In this document: positions 45,201-56,553 of the stretch, one piece after another
How the letters are laid out: each line of letters opens with the position of its first letter
Position numbering within the stretch: the first letter of the stretch is position 1
NCBI GenBank assembly: GCA_964629925.1
Contig: CAZVSQ010000001.1
Location: forward strand, 6,610-70,609
Reading direction: 5' to 3'
DNA: 64,000 bases
Origin: an uncultured Ruminococcus sp.
GTDB lineage: Bacteria; Bacillota; Clostridia; Oscillospirales; Acutalibacteraceae
Notes under the pieces: model-generated
Told to the model about the DNA's origin: nothing
The model's database searches: none
The model's input: the letters and a program-made list of their open reading frames with translations, nothing else
Made by a program: the position numbers and the translations under genes

Positions 45201-48200
45201 CTGTTTTGTTGCAATAGACTTTATAGCTGCCTATAAAGATTCTGTTTTTGTTAAAGTTTTTAAAGCAGTATTCATACTAACTATTCCTGAAACAACCATA
45301 GGAATAGACATTGTTAAATTTCTTAATGTTTGAGAAAATTTTTCTCCAAAACTAAGAGTATCATCATTCGCAATTTGAAAAACATTTAAAAAGTTTTCAA
45401 ATCCCATTTGAACTTGGCCTAAGGCAGAAACTAATTGAATTGCAGATTGAATTGCGGCTTGTCTTTTTGCATCATTTTGAGTATCATTATTTGCTTCATC
45501 ATTATTTTCAATAATAGAATCTGCATTTTTTTGTGTTTGTAAAGCCTCTTCTCCTTGAGAAATGATATTATCCCCTACATCATTTGAAAAATCTTCAAAT
45601 TCTTGTAAAAAATCAGCTCTTTCTTGAATTAATTTTTCTCTTTCTTCTATTAATTTTTGAACTTCTTCAACATTTGAAAGATTTGTTTTTCCAATAGATG
45701 TATTAAAGTCTAAAACTTTTTTATTTATATCATTAAATCTTTGTGAAAAATCTAATAACTTTTCTTTTGATTCAGATGCTGCCTGGGGTAATTGTTTATT
45801 TAATATATCTAAAATTTGTGTAAAATCTCCAGAACGCTAAATAGTTAAATTAGTTTGACTTTGATTCATTAATGCATTTTTAGCATCTGCAACATCTTGA
45901 GTTGCACTTTGTAAAAATTGTGTATAATTATTAGAAGGAATAGCATTTTTTACATTTTGAATCTTTTTTAATTCTTGTTCTGCTTTTTCTAAACTCTATT
46001 TAAGTGATATTACTCTACTTTTTATTGCTACAATAAATTTATTTTGTGTTACTTTTCCTGAATCATCCTTCTAATCATTAAAAACATCTTCAAATATAGA
46101 ACCTTGCAATAATCTTTGTAATTCTATCTTTTTATCTGTTCCATCAAAGTTCTGTAAAGTTTGAAATTGACTTAATTGTTCTAAAGCTCCAAATTGAGCT
46201 TGAGTTATTTTTTTACCATTTAAACTATTTACTATTCCTTTATATGCATCTTCTGTTAAAAAACCTTGTCCTTGATTAACAGTAGCAAAATCAATAGATT
46301 GTTGAATATTATTAATTGAAGTTTGTTGTTGCCTCTATGCAGCATTAACTTTTTTACTTAATTGTTGTAATGTTGTTCCTTGAATAGGTTGACCTGGCAT
46401 AGACACGACACCAAATGTTTTTGTGGCTTTAGATAAAATCTGTTGTCTTTTATTTTCTTCCTAAATAATCCTCTGTTCTTCTTTTACTGCCTAATTATAT
46501 GCATTAATTAAATTTTTTTGTGCCTCATCTTGATTTTGATTTGTAGCATTTTGCTATTGTATAAAATTATGTACTGAATTTGATAAATCTTTATATGATT
46601 TACTTGCAGTCTCTATGGCTCCTTCTAATGTGTCAATAGAAACTTTTGTATCTAAAGGATTAATACCACTAACTATTTCAACTGCTCCTGAGACGCCTGC
46701 TAATCTACTTCTTGCTTTGTCAGCTGCGTCTGCTGCTTCTAATGAACCAGACCAACGTTGATTAATTTCGCCCATCTGCTGTGCTGAAAATGTTCCTGGA
46801 GCAGCTTGTAAAAATTCTGATTTTTGTTTTAAAACTTGATATCTCTGACTTCCCTGCCACCCTTGTTGCTATAAAGCCCTCATCTCATTCTAAGCTAATA
46901 CTTGAGAACTTTTTTGATCTCTCAACTGCCTTTTTTCTAATTGAGAGTTCATAATCATAGTATTAATTCCACTTGCAACAGTTTTTGAAGTAAGTGACAT
47001 TACTATTGGGATAAGTGATTGTAATAAATTTTTTCCTCCTCCAATAGATTGAAATAATTTATCAACTTTTTCAACAATTGTTGTTAATCCATCTATTACA
47101 TCTTTAAATCCATCAGTGTCAACTAATCCTGTCCACATATGTTCAGTTGCAGTTGTTAATTGTTGAACATGAGTAGATAGTCTATCCATATAAATATCTT
47201 GTTGTTCCTATAACTTTCCCCCTGCATTTTGAGCAGTATTTAAAGCACTTTGATATTTATCAAAATTATCAAATAAAGCAATTAAATTAGAATATTGTCT
47301 TTGACCCGCCATTGTTTGTGCCAAAGAAATTTGTTGTTCCTTTGTCAATGTCCCCCATTTATTACCAATTTCTTCCATAACTTCGCCCATATCACGAAGC
47401 TTTCCATTAACATCAAGAACATTAAATCCAATTTTTGCCATATCGCCTGAATATTTACCAAGAGTAACTCCATCCTCATCTATTCCAGCTTGGATGTCTG
47501 TAATTCTTGCAAAAACAGTCCTTAATGCAGTACCAACTGTTTCTGGAGCCTGTCTTGTAACAGATATAATAGTTGATAATTGTGCAGCAAGCTGGTCTTC
47601 TCCAACCCCCATTGCGGCGGCAGCTGAAGCAACTTTACTCATACCTATTGACAATTCTTGTAAATTAGATGCAGTTGTAGATGCAACTGCCGCTAATCTA
47701 TCTACATATAACTCTGCCTATTCTGCACTAACTTTATAACCATTCCCATTTATTTTCCATGTAAGTCGTTAATTTACATGCGCTTTCGCAGCTCATGCTT
47801 TCACATGAGATAAGACTATATCTTCACCTTATTCAACTAAAAGGTAAGAACCATTTCCAATCACTTGATTGTACTCTCCTTAACGGAGATAGTCGTTGAA
47901 CTTAACTATTATTTATTGGCAAAATATCTAAATTTAATAATTTTCCATCTTTATATTTAATTTCATAAAGAGGATATCCTTTTTCTTTACAATATTTTCT
48001 TTTACGTTCATCACGCTATTGTGTAACTGAGAGAGAATCAAATATATTACTTTTTTCTTCATAATGTTGTTCTCCTTGACATTCTATCATATAATCAATT
48101 TTATTATAATTCTAATCTTTATATACTACAAAATCAAATTTTTGTCTACCTTGAGATAAATCTTTAAAAGAAACTTGCTATTTATAAAAAACTTTATTTT

Positions 48201-49770
48201 CTTTTAATAATTTAGCTATTTTAATTTCTCCTTTAGATTTAAATCTATCACATTTAGGACAACCCTTACTTGCTAATAAATTTTTTTGAGTTTGTTTAAA
48301 AATAAGTCCACATTTTAAACATTTATAAATATTTTGTGTCCTTACTGCATTATACTAAAGTAATTTTATTGTACCAAAAAATTCTTTATCAATTTGATTT
48401 TGTGCTTTATCAAAACTTAATGCCAATCCTGTATTACCATTACAGAAGGGACAATGATTAGCATTTTTTATTACTGAAGCAAGATTTCTTTTAAATTCTC
48501 TCCCACATTTATGATGTTTAATAATTAACTATTGACTCATTTTTTTAACAATAGAATAATCCTATAATTTATTAATTTCTTGCTATGCCAATTCCATTCT
48601 ATTAGTATTTTCACAACATAAATTCCATTTTAAAGCATTACTAGCTTTACTATAATTTCTAATATTCCCACATTTTAAACATTTAATTTTACAAGGTTTT
48701 GAAATGGTTGTATATTCCATTACTTCAAATTTTGCATTTGGGAATAAATTTCTAATTCTTTGTATATATTCATTTAATGTAATTTTTTTTGCCATTTTAT
48801 ATTCTCCTTTTTGTTAAGTGCGAGTTATCCATTCTCTTCCACTTAGGTATTAAGTTGTTTAACCATATGGAAATCAATTTATTTATTTCTGCTTTCGCCC
48901 TATTCTTATTATTTAGGAGAAAATAATAAGTGTAGTAAAATTGCTTTAGGATTTTCTCGCTTTAAAGTTCTCTTTATGTCCAAAATTTTAGACTGCAGTT
49001 AATTCTTCTGAAACTTCTTCGGCAGATTGCCCTGTAACATTTGCTGTTTTTAATGTAATTGCAGCTCTTTCTTCAATTTCTTTCTACCCTAAGCCCTGTT
49101 GAGCATAAATTAATGCAGCTCTTGTATAATCATTCATGCCCTTCCCAAGATTACTTGCTACTGCATTAGCTCTTTCTGCAAATCTTGCCATTTCACCAGC
49201 AGATTTTCCTGTTACTATTCTAATGTCATTTAAAGCACTATCTAATTTTTTAGCAAATCCATACGCCTAAGAAATTGAACGAGTAACTCCTTGCAATATA
49301 GAAGAAGATATTGTCCATTTTACAGTATTTGCCAAAGTGGTTCCTAACGCATCTAATAATTTATGACTTTGTTTTATTTCAGTATTAAATTTTGTTAGCT
49401 CATTTGTTTGAGCTGCCCATGCAGCTCTTCCTTCTGCAGTTTTTTGCATTTCTGCTCTAAATGATTTTACATTTAATCCACTTTGTTTTAATGCTGTATT
49501 AAATTTAGTAATATTATAACTATTAGTTTTTGGATTATAAGCTAATCTCATTAATCGCTAAAATTCAGCAGCATCTTTTTTTAACTTGGTTAATTGATGA
49601 GCTTGTTTTTCTGCTGTTGCAGGATTATTTAAGGAAATACCTTGTTGATTTGCATAATTAACAACAGATAATTTTTTAAACTATTCTAATTGCTTTTTTA
49701 ATTTTTTTAATTCCGCATCATTTACTTCAAAGTCAATGCCATACGAAATTTTTCTTTTTTGTTCTGCCAT
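39249..49770 (-). CDS. tape measure protein, ~3090 aa, two exons (49770-48990, 47746-39249), many TAG
   Basis: TP901-type core (VTRQAPETVGTALRTVFARI, AGQRQ), long coiled coils, FDTGGYTG; exon junction ELTAV-W-NGYKV. Confidence 0.85.
47747..48989 (-). mobile_element. group I intron in the tape measure gene
   Basis: 5' exon ends in U, intron ends in G; P7 GACTAT/ATAGTC core; splicing restores the frame. Confidence 0.88.
47902..48795 (-). CDS. intron-encoded homing endonuclease (Zn-finger repeats plus DUF559-like domain; several TAG)
   Basis: CLKCG repeats, GCPKC, SKGE, IECQGEQH. Confidence 0.8.
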
Positions 49771-50030
49771 CCTTTTATCTCCTTTACTAAAAATTTTTAT
49801 TATAATATATATGATTTCTCCTATACATATAATATAAAAAATTAGATTCTCATTTTATCTATTTTCGACCGTTGTTAAAAATTAAGATTTTTAAACTTCA
49901 CTCTAATATTATTTTTGCCAAAGTCTAAGGCACTTTTATTTGAAAATTTAAAAAATTTAAAATATCATTGATTTTTTTAAAATTTTTGTTATAATATATA
50001 TACAATAAAAAATAAAAAGGAGTTTTCTAT

Positions 50031-50381
50031 ATGAGAATGTTTTATACTGCCAGAAATGAATTTGTTGAGGTCTGTGCAATTTATCAAGACCGCACAGTAA
50101 TGATTTTTGACCTGTATATAGCATCAAAGACAGGACCCAGTAGCGCTTGGGTAATTGTTAAACTTTCAAAGCTTATCCCCGAAGATTATGTAAATAGAGA
50201 AGGCAAGACAGAAAAAAATAGACTTAAGGCAAGACTTACTCTTCATAATGCAGAATGGGAAGCCACAGATGGGAGTCTTTTTACAAATGTTGAAGATGCT
50301 ATTGAGTATGAGAGACATCTTGCTGGCAAAGAGCGTGTTGCTAATACCTCAGATATTACAGATTATATAGAGGAGGCTTAA
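50031..50381 (+). CDS. hypothetical protein
   Basis: Promoter and RBS, 116 aa. Confidence 0.7.
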   Translation: MRMFYTARNEFVEVCAIYQDRTVMIFDLYIASKTGPSSAWVIVKLSKLIPEDYVNREGKTEKNRLKARLTLHNAEWEATDGSLFTNVEDAIEYERHLAGKERVANTSDITDYIEEA

Positions 50382-50383
50382 AA

Positions 50384-51607
50384 ATGCTAAATAAAAACCA
50401 AGAAAGAGAACTTGCCTATCTTGTAAAAATTGATGCAGTTACTCCTATCCCTGGTTATGATAGAGTTGAACTTGCTCACGTTGGAGGTTGGACTATTGTA
50501 GTAGGGAAAGGAGAATTTAAGGCAGGTGACCCAGCAGTATATTTTGAAATTGACTCTCAGCTTCCTGAGAAACCACCTTTCTCAGATATGAAGTTTCTTG
50601 CTTCAAAACACTATAAAATCAAAACTCAAAAAATGTGTAAATCTATTTCTCAGGGTTTGCTGATGTCAGTTGCTCAATTCGGATGGGAAATTCAGGCTGA
50701 TGGTTCTGTATGGGATCCAGGGTCAGGAGACCATGGTCGCCACGACCTTAATGATGAATCACGTTTTTTAACAAAAGAACTTGAAGTAACATATGCAATC
50801 CCAGAAGATAACAAAAGAAAAGCTAATTCTATGGATAAATATAAAAAAATGGCACAACGCCATCCAAAGCTTTTTAAAACAAAAGCAATAAAGTGGCTTA
50901 TGACTAAAAATTGGGGTAAAGCTTTTCTATTTTTCTTCTTTGGAAAAGCAAAAGATAAAAAAAATGAATGGCCTGCTCATATCTGTTCAAAAACAGATGT
51001 CGAAAGAGTCCAAAATATGATATGGGTTTTAAATGATAAAGATCCATATATAGCGACAGAAAAAGTAGATGGTAGTAGTTTCACAGTAACCGCTGAACGC
51101 ACTAAATTTGGAAAAATTAAATATAAAGTTTGTTCCAGAAATGTGGTTTTTGAAGACGAAAATCAAAAATGTTTTTATGATTCTAATATCTATTTTGAAA
51201 TGTATCATAAATATAATTTAAAAGAAAAAATTACTAAAATTTTAAATGATTTAGATCTTCAAAATGTAGCAATTCAGGCGGAAATATATGGAACTGGAAT
51301 CCAAAAAAGAGATTATTCACTTAATAATGAACATAAAATCGCAGTTTTTCATATTGTTTCAAATAATATAAAATATCCAATGGATAAAGTCGTTAAAATC
51401 TGTACTAAATATGATTTACCACACGTTCCAATTATTAATTACAATTATATTCTTCCGAATACATTAAATGAACTTCAGGAATTTGTAGAAAAATATTCTT
51501 CTAATTTAGATGGTAAAGAAAAAGAAGGTATAGTTTTTTATGATTCAAAAACTGGTCAAAGGTATTTTAAATTTGTATCTCCTAATTATTTAATAAAATA
51601 TCATTAA
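50384..51607 (+). CDS. ATP-dependent RNA ligase (Rnl2/DRB0094-like)
   Basis: N-terminal YFEIDS domain; TEKVDGSS, AEIYG.GIQ, EGIV, FKFVS. Confidence 0.9.
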   Translation: MLNKNQERELAYLVKIDAVTPIPGYDRVELAHVGGWTIVVGKGEFKAGDPAVYFEIDSQLPEKPPFSDMKFLASKHYKIKTQKMCKSISQGLLMSVAQFGWEIQADGSVWDPGSGDHGRHDLNDESRFLTKELEVTYAIPEDNKRKANSMDKYKKMAQRHPKLFKTKAIKWLMTKNWGKAFLFFFFGKAKDKKNEWPAHICSKTDVERVQNMIWVLNDKDPYIATEKVDGSSFTVTAERTKFGKIKYKVCSRNVVFEDENQKCFYDSNIYFEMYHKYNLKEKITKILNDLDLQNVAIQAEIYGTGIQKRDYSLNNEHKIAVFHIVSNNIKYPMDKVVKICTKYDLPHVPIINYNYILPNTLNELQEFVEKYSSNLDGKEKEGIVFYDSKTGQRYFKFVSPNYLIKYH

Positions 51608-51698
51608 TTTTTAAACAAAATTTTATAATTTGTTCTTCAAAATTTTTATAAATAAAAAAGAATAAATTATAAAATCTTTTATTAAAGGAGAAATTTAT

Positions 51699-52430
51699 AT
51701 GGGAAAAGCATTAGATTTAACAAATCAACGATTTGGAAGATTAATAGCTATTTAGCCAACAAAAGAAAGACGTAATAATAGTATCATATGGAAATGTCAA
51801 TGCGATTGTGGTAAAATTTGTTATACATCAGCTTCTAATTTAAGAACTGGTGGGACTAAATCTTGTGGATGTTTAAAACAAGAAAAAGATAAACAACCTA
51901 AAGGAAATGTTATTAATTTAATAGGCAAAAAATTTGGACATTTAACTGTTATATCTCGTCAAGGTAGTGATAAAAGAGGAGAAGCATTATGGAAATGTGA
52001 ATGCGATTGCAGCGCACATAATCATTTAATTGTTTTAGGTAGCAATTTAAGAACTGGACATACAACTTCTTGTGGTTGTGAAAGAAGATCTAAAGGAGAG
52101 CTCGCAGTTGCTAAAATATTAAATGATAATAAAATTTCTTTTTAGCAAGAATATAAAGCATTTAAATTTGCTAATAACAGATGGGCAACTTATGATTTTT
52201 ATGTAAATCAAAAATATTTAATTGAATATGATGGAGAAACTCATTATTCTTATAATTTACATGGATGGCATAATGAAGAACAATTAAAAAATCAACAAGA
52301 ACGAGATATAATTAAAAATCAATGGTGTAAAGATAATAATATACCATTAATTAGAATACCATATGCCCATTTACAAAACTTATGCTTAGAAGATTTACAA
52401 TTAGAAACAAGTCAATTTATTGTGAAGTGA
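51699..52430 (+). CDS. free-standing homing endonuclease (2 TAG)
   Basis: FGRLIAI*P, CQCDCG, SCGC, SKGE, LIEYDGETH, RIPY. Confidence 0.8.
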
Positions 52431-52510
52431 GTTGAAAAACTCACTTCTTGTTTTTTTATAAAAAATTTGTTATAATATAATTACAATAAAAAGAAAGGAA
52501 GTATTCTTCA

Positions 52511-52807
52511 ATGAGAAATGGTAAATATACAATTTCTAAAATGTTTTGTACAAAATGTGGTAGAGAAGGAATTGCAGTCCCCAGAAAAATTGGCAAATAT
52601 AGAGAAGCAGGACATCTTAAAAATCTTTATTGCATTTATTGTGGATGCGAAAGAAATCACGTAGAAATTCGTTCAATGTATAGTGATTATAATTATGAAG
52701 ACTTTTAGCTTGAAATGAAATATGGTAATTTTGATGAAAATGGCAATCGCAAAGAACCATATAGAATTTTCAGAGGAAAACTTGCACAACAGGAGGTATA
52801 TGAATGA
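52511..52807 (+). CDS. Zn-ribbon protein resembling ribosomal L33 (1 TAG)
   Basis: CTKCG...HLKNLYCIYCG..NHVEIR. Confidence 0.55.
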
Positions 52808-53292
52808 GTAATTTATATTTATTGTGCGGCACTCCAGGTTCAGGAAAATCTACTTTTGCTAAAGAAATTTTCCCAAAATATTTTCCTGACCATCCTTATA
52901 AGATTATTTCTCGAGATACAATCAGATTTTCTTTATTAAAAGATGGAGAAAAATATTTTTCTCACGAAAATGAAGTATATCAAATTTTTTGGGACTCTAT
53001 CAATAAGACATTAAAAGAAGGATTTGATGTTATTGCAGACCAAACTTCATTAAGCCCTAATTCAAGAGCTTTTTTATTACAACATATTTCAGAATATGAA
53101 AAAACCATTGCTATTGAAATAAAAACTCCTTTGGAGATGTGCCTTGACCGCAATAGCCAAAGAACAGGATTAACTTTTGTCCCACCAAGTGCTATTAAAA
53201 ATATGTATTATAGTTATATTTCTCCCACAATTTCAGAAGGTTTTTCTCAAATTTACACATATGATGCATTAAGAGAAGCTCTTTTCTCATAA
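52804..53292 (+). CDS. P-loop polynucleotide kinase (AAA_33-like)
   Basis: GTPGSGKST, ISRD.IR, D.T, R...R. Confidence 0.85.
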   Translation: MSNLYLLCGTPGSGKSTFAKEIFPKYFPDHPYKIISRDTIRFSLLKDGEKYFSHENEVYQIFWDSINKTLKEGFDVIADQTSLSPNSRAFLLQHISEYEKTIAIEIKTPLEMCLDRNSQRTGLTFVPPSAIKNMYYSYISPTISEGFSQIYTYDALREALFS

Positions 53293-53313
53293 TATAATAA
53301 AGGAGGCAGATAT

Positions 53314-53856
53314 ATGAATAATATTTGGATAATTTCAGATACTCACTTTAATCATAATAAAGATTTTATTCTACAGCCACGATGCTTTTCAACAGTAGAA
53401 GAAATGAATGAGGGAATAATTGAAAAATGGAACTCACTTGTCCAACCTAATGATATCGTCTATCACCTTGGCGATATGGCGCTTGGAGATATAAATGATG
53501 CGGTTCCTCTTATAAAAAGACTTAATGGAAAAATTAGGCTCGCTATTGGCAACCACGATACTGACACAAAATTAAAAATATATAGTACCATTTCTAATAT
53601 TGAAGATATTCAGTTTGGATATAGAATTAAGAAAGGTAAGAATACTTTTTTACTTACTCATTATCCGCAGCTTACAGGCAAATATGATACAAGTAAAACT
53701 TACTCAATTCATGGGCATACTCATCTTACAGATACTTTTACAGAAGGATATGACCTTATGTTTAACACCTCTTGTGAAGCTCTTTGTTGTGTTCCTATAA
53801 ATATTGAAAATATTAAGCAATTAATTCAAGAACATCTTCGGGACAAAAATAATTAA
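53314..53856 (+). CDS. calcineurin-like metallophosphoesterase
   Basis: SDTHFNH, LGD, GNHD, HGHTH. Confidence 0.9.
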   Translation: MNNIWIISDTHFNHNKDFILQPRCFSTVEEMNEGIIEKWNSLVQPNDIVYHLGDMALGDINDAVPLIKRLNGKIRLAIGNHDTDTKLKIYSTISNIEDIQFGYRIKKGKNTFLLTHYPQLTGKYDTSKTYSIHGHTHLTDTFTEGYDLMFNTSCEALCCVPINIENIKQLIQEHLRDKNN

Positions 53857-53935
53857 AATAATCTTATGATTTTTTATATTCTTTAGAGAAAAATCTCTAA
53901 AGAATATTTTTTTTATTTTCAAAGGAGGTAACTAT

Positions 53936-54148
53936 ATGAATAAATTATGGTCAAAAGATTGGTGGAAAGCCGCAGGAACAAGAGCAATTAAAACATTTGC
54001 ACAAACTTTTGTTGGCTCTGTCTCAGTAGGAATGGCGATAAGTGATATTAACTGGCTTACAGTTGCCTCTGTTGCAGCCGTAGCATCAGTATTAAGCCTT
54101 ATGACTTCTATTGCGGGACTCCCTGAAGTAAAGGAGGAAAATGAATAA
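53936..54148 (+). CDS. holin (r1t-like)
   Basis: RAIKTFAQ...LMTSIAGLPE with two TM segments. Confidence 0.88.
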   Translation: MNKLWSKDWWKAAGTRAIKTFAQTFVGSVSVGMAISDINWLTVASVAAVASVLSLMTSIAGLPEVKEENE

Positions 54149-55749
54149 TGGCATTAAAAGGTATTGATGTATCTTACTCACAAAAAAATATTGATTGGAA
54201 TAAAGTAAAATCTCAAGTTGACTTTGCTATTTTAAGAAGTTCTTTTGGATTAGACTTATAGGGTCAAATAGATAGCCAATATTTTCAAAATGCAAGTGGA
54301 TGTGTAAAGAATAATATACCTTTTGGTATCTATCACTTTGGTTATTTTGAAGATGAAGAAACTGCAAAAAAAGAAGCTGATTTTGCTATTCGAATGGCAG
54401 ATGAATATAAATAGTATGTAAAATTTATTGCTTTAGATTTATAGGAAGATTCTGAAAGATATGCTAAAAGTGTTGGAAAATCTCCAAATTGGGGAAAATG
54501 TGCAATTCTTTTCTTGGAAAAGGTTAAAGCCGCAGGATACTTACCTATTATTTATACCAATGTAGACTGGATGGAAAATAAATTAGGCGGATACAATAAT
54601 ATGAAAGCTTATAAAATATGGTTTGCCGGTCCAGGTGCAAAAGCTCCTAAATATGATGCTGCAATTTGGCAATATAGTTGGACAGGTAAAGTAAATGGTA
54701 TTCTTGGCGGAGATGTAGATATGGATTATCTATATGATGGTGAAATTTTAAAAGCAAAGAATACAAAAGCAAGCGCTACTAAAATTAGTGATAAAGACAA
54801 ATTTTTAAATCAAGCCCGCACTTATATTGGAAAAGATGGTAAATATGTATGTAAAATCAAACTTGGACTTGGCGCAGTATATGATTGGTGTGCATTTTCA
54901 ATCTCCGCAATTATGAAAGATTGCGGTTTTATTGGAAAATATCAAGGTGGAATTTATAGTTTTGCTTCTGATAATGCACGAAATGATAAAGGTAAATATG
55001 GAGAATGGTTCCTAAAGGGAAAGAAAACTCCATAGCCAGGCGATTTAATTATGTTTAAATATGCCTCATTTACTAATCCTATTGATAAATATTCTGCAAG
55101 TCATATTGGTATTGTTGAAAAAGTAGAAGGCAATACAATTACTACTCTTGAGGGTAATGTAGATGGATATGGAGCCGATTGGGCAGGCACATCAAGTTTC
55201 AAAAGAAAAACAAGATATTTAAACAATTCAGATGTATATTCATTCTTCCGCATTTGGTGGGATGGAAAGAAAACTACTACTTCAAGCGGAAGTTCAAATA
55301 CAACAACAAAACCAACTACTTCTACTTCAACCTCATCAACAGCTCCAGATATTTATTATCAAGTATATGCTGGCGGAAGATGGCTTCCTGAAGTAAAAAA
55401 TCTTGAAGATTATGCAGGACTTGAAAATCAAACAATTCAAGGTATTTATATGAGAACTACAAAAGGCCATATTAGATATAGAGTAAAAACTGTTAATTCT
55501 CAAAATTACTTGCCTTGGGTATATGATAGAAATGATTATGCAGGTATAATTGGTAAAAATATTGCTTGGGTACAAGCTACTCTTGAAGGAGTAAATGGAT
55601 ATCAAGTAGAATATAGAGTTTCTACTACTGCATCAACTAATTATTTACCTTGGGTTACGAATTATAATACAGTAAATGATGATGGATATGCGGGCGGAAA
55701 ATCAAATCAACCTATTGATAAATTACAAATAAAAATTGTAAAAAAATAA
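54148..55749 (+). CDS. endolysin: GH25 muramidase, CHAP domain and C-terminal binding domain (4 TAG)
   Basis: GIDVS, ALDL*ED, IWQYS, DWCA, SHIGIVE. Confidence 0.88.
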
Positions 55750-55972
55750 TAAAAATATAAACGGATTGTATAATAATATAAAAAAGAATAAAATGATATC
55801 AGAAGAATGGATAATAAATAATGAGTCAATAATTGCTCTACAAATAATATAAAATATTAATATTTGAATAAAACAATAATTTGCCCATTCGGGCAAATTA
55901 TTGTTTTTTTTATTTGACAACTATTAAAATTTATGCTATAATATATAATAAATTAACAAAGGAGTTTTAACT

Positions 55973-56518
55973 ATGTTACATTTTTACACAGATGGCTCAT
56001 CTCATAAATTAAATAATAATAGTTGCGGCGGTTATGGAATAACTGCTTTTGATGATAACGAAACTTTAATTGGTTGTTGTTGTCAGCAATTTTCCACAAA
56101 AGTAACTAATAATCAAATGGAATTAATGGCAATATTAAGAACATTTGAAATAAAAAATGAATATCATAAAAATGAACCTATAATAATTTATTCAGATTCA
56201 GCATATTGTATAAACGCACTCTCCTCTTGGATATATACTTGGTGTAATAATGGCTGGAAAAATAGCCAAAATAAAATAATAGAAAACTATAATATATTCA
56301 AATCCCTTTATTCATATTATAACAAAGAATTTTTTATAAGTCAAATAGAATTTAAAAAAATCCTTGGTCATTCAGGTATAATAGGAAATGAATTATCTGA
56401 CGCTCTTGCACAAGGAAATGGAAAGAAATTTAAGCAAACAATTCTTGAAAATAGAGTAAAATTAGACCCCTCTCTACAAATCTTTGAAAAAAATGAAAAT
56501 TTTTGTTATAATATATAA
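55973..56518 (+). CDS. rnhA: ribonuclease HI
   Basis: YTDGS, TNNQMEL, SDSAY, GHSG..GNE..D. Confidence 0.92.
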   Translation: MLHFYTDGSSHKLNNNSCGGYGITAFDDNETLIGCCCQQFSTKVTNNQMELMAILRTFEIKNEYHKNEPIIIYSDSAYCINALSSWIYTWCNNGWKNSQNKIIENYNIFKSLYSYYNKEFFISQIEFKKILGHSGIIGNELSDALAQGNGKKFKQTILENRVKLDPSLQIFEKNENFCYNI

Positions 56519-56553
56519 GAAAGATTAAAAATAAAGATTTTGGAGGAGTAAAA

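Noticed and set aside
20890-49770. Fragmented ORFs read as pseudogenes or a decayed prophage
   Set aside because: Fragments stay in one frame and are separated only by TAG wherever checked, and a CUA tRNA is present.
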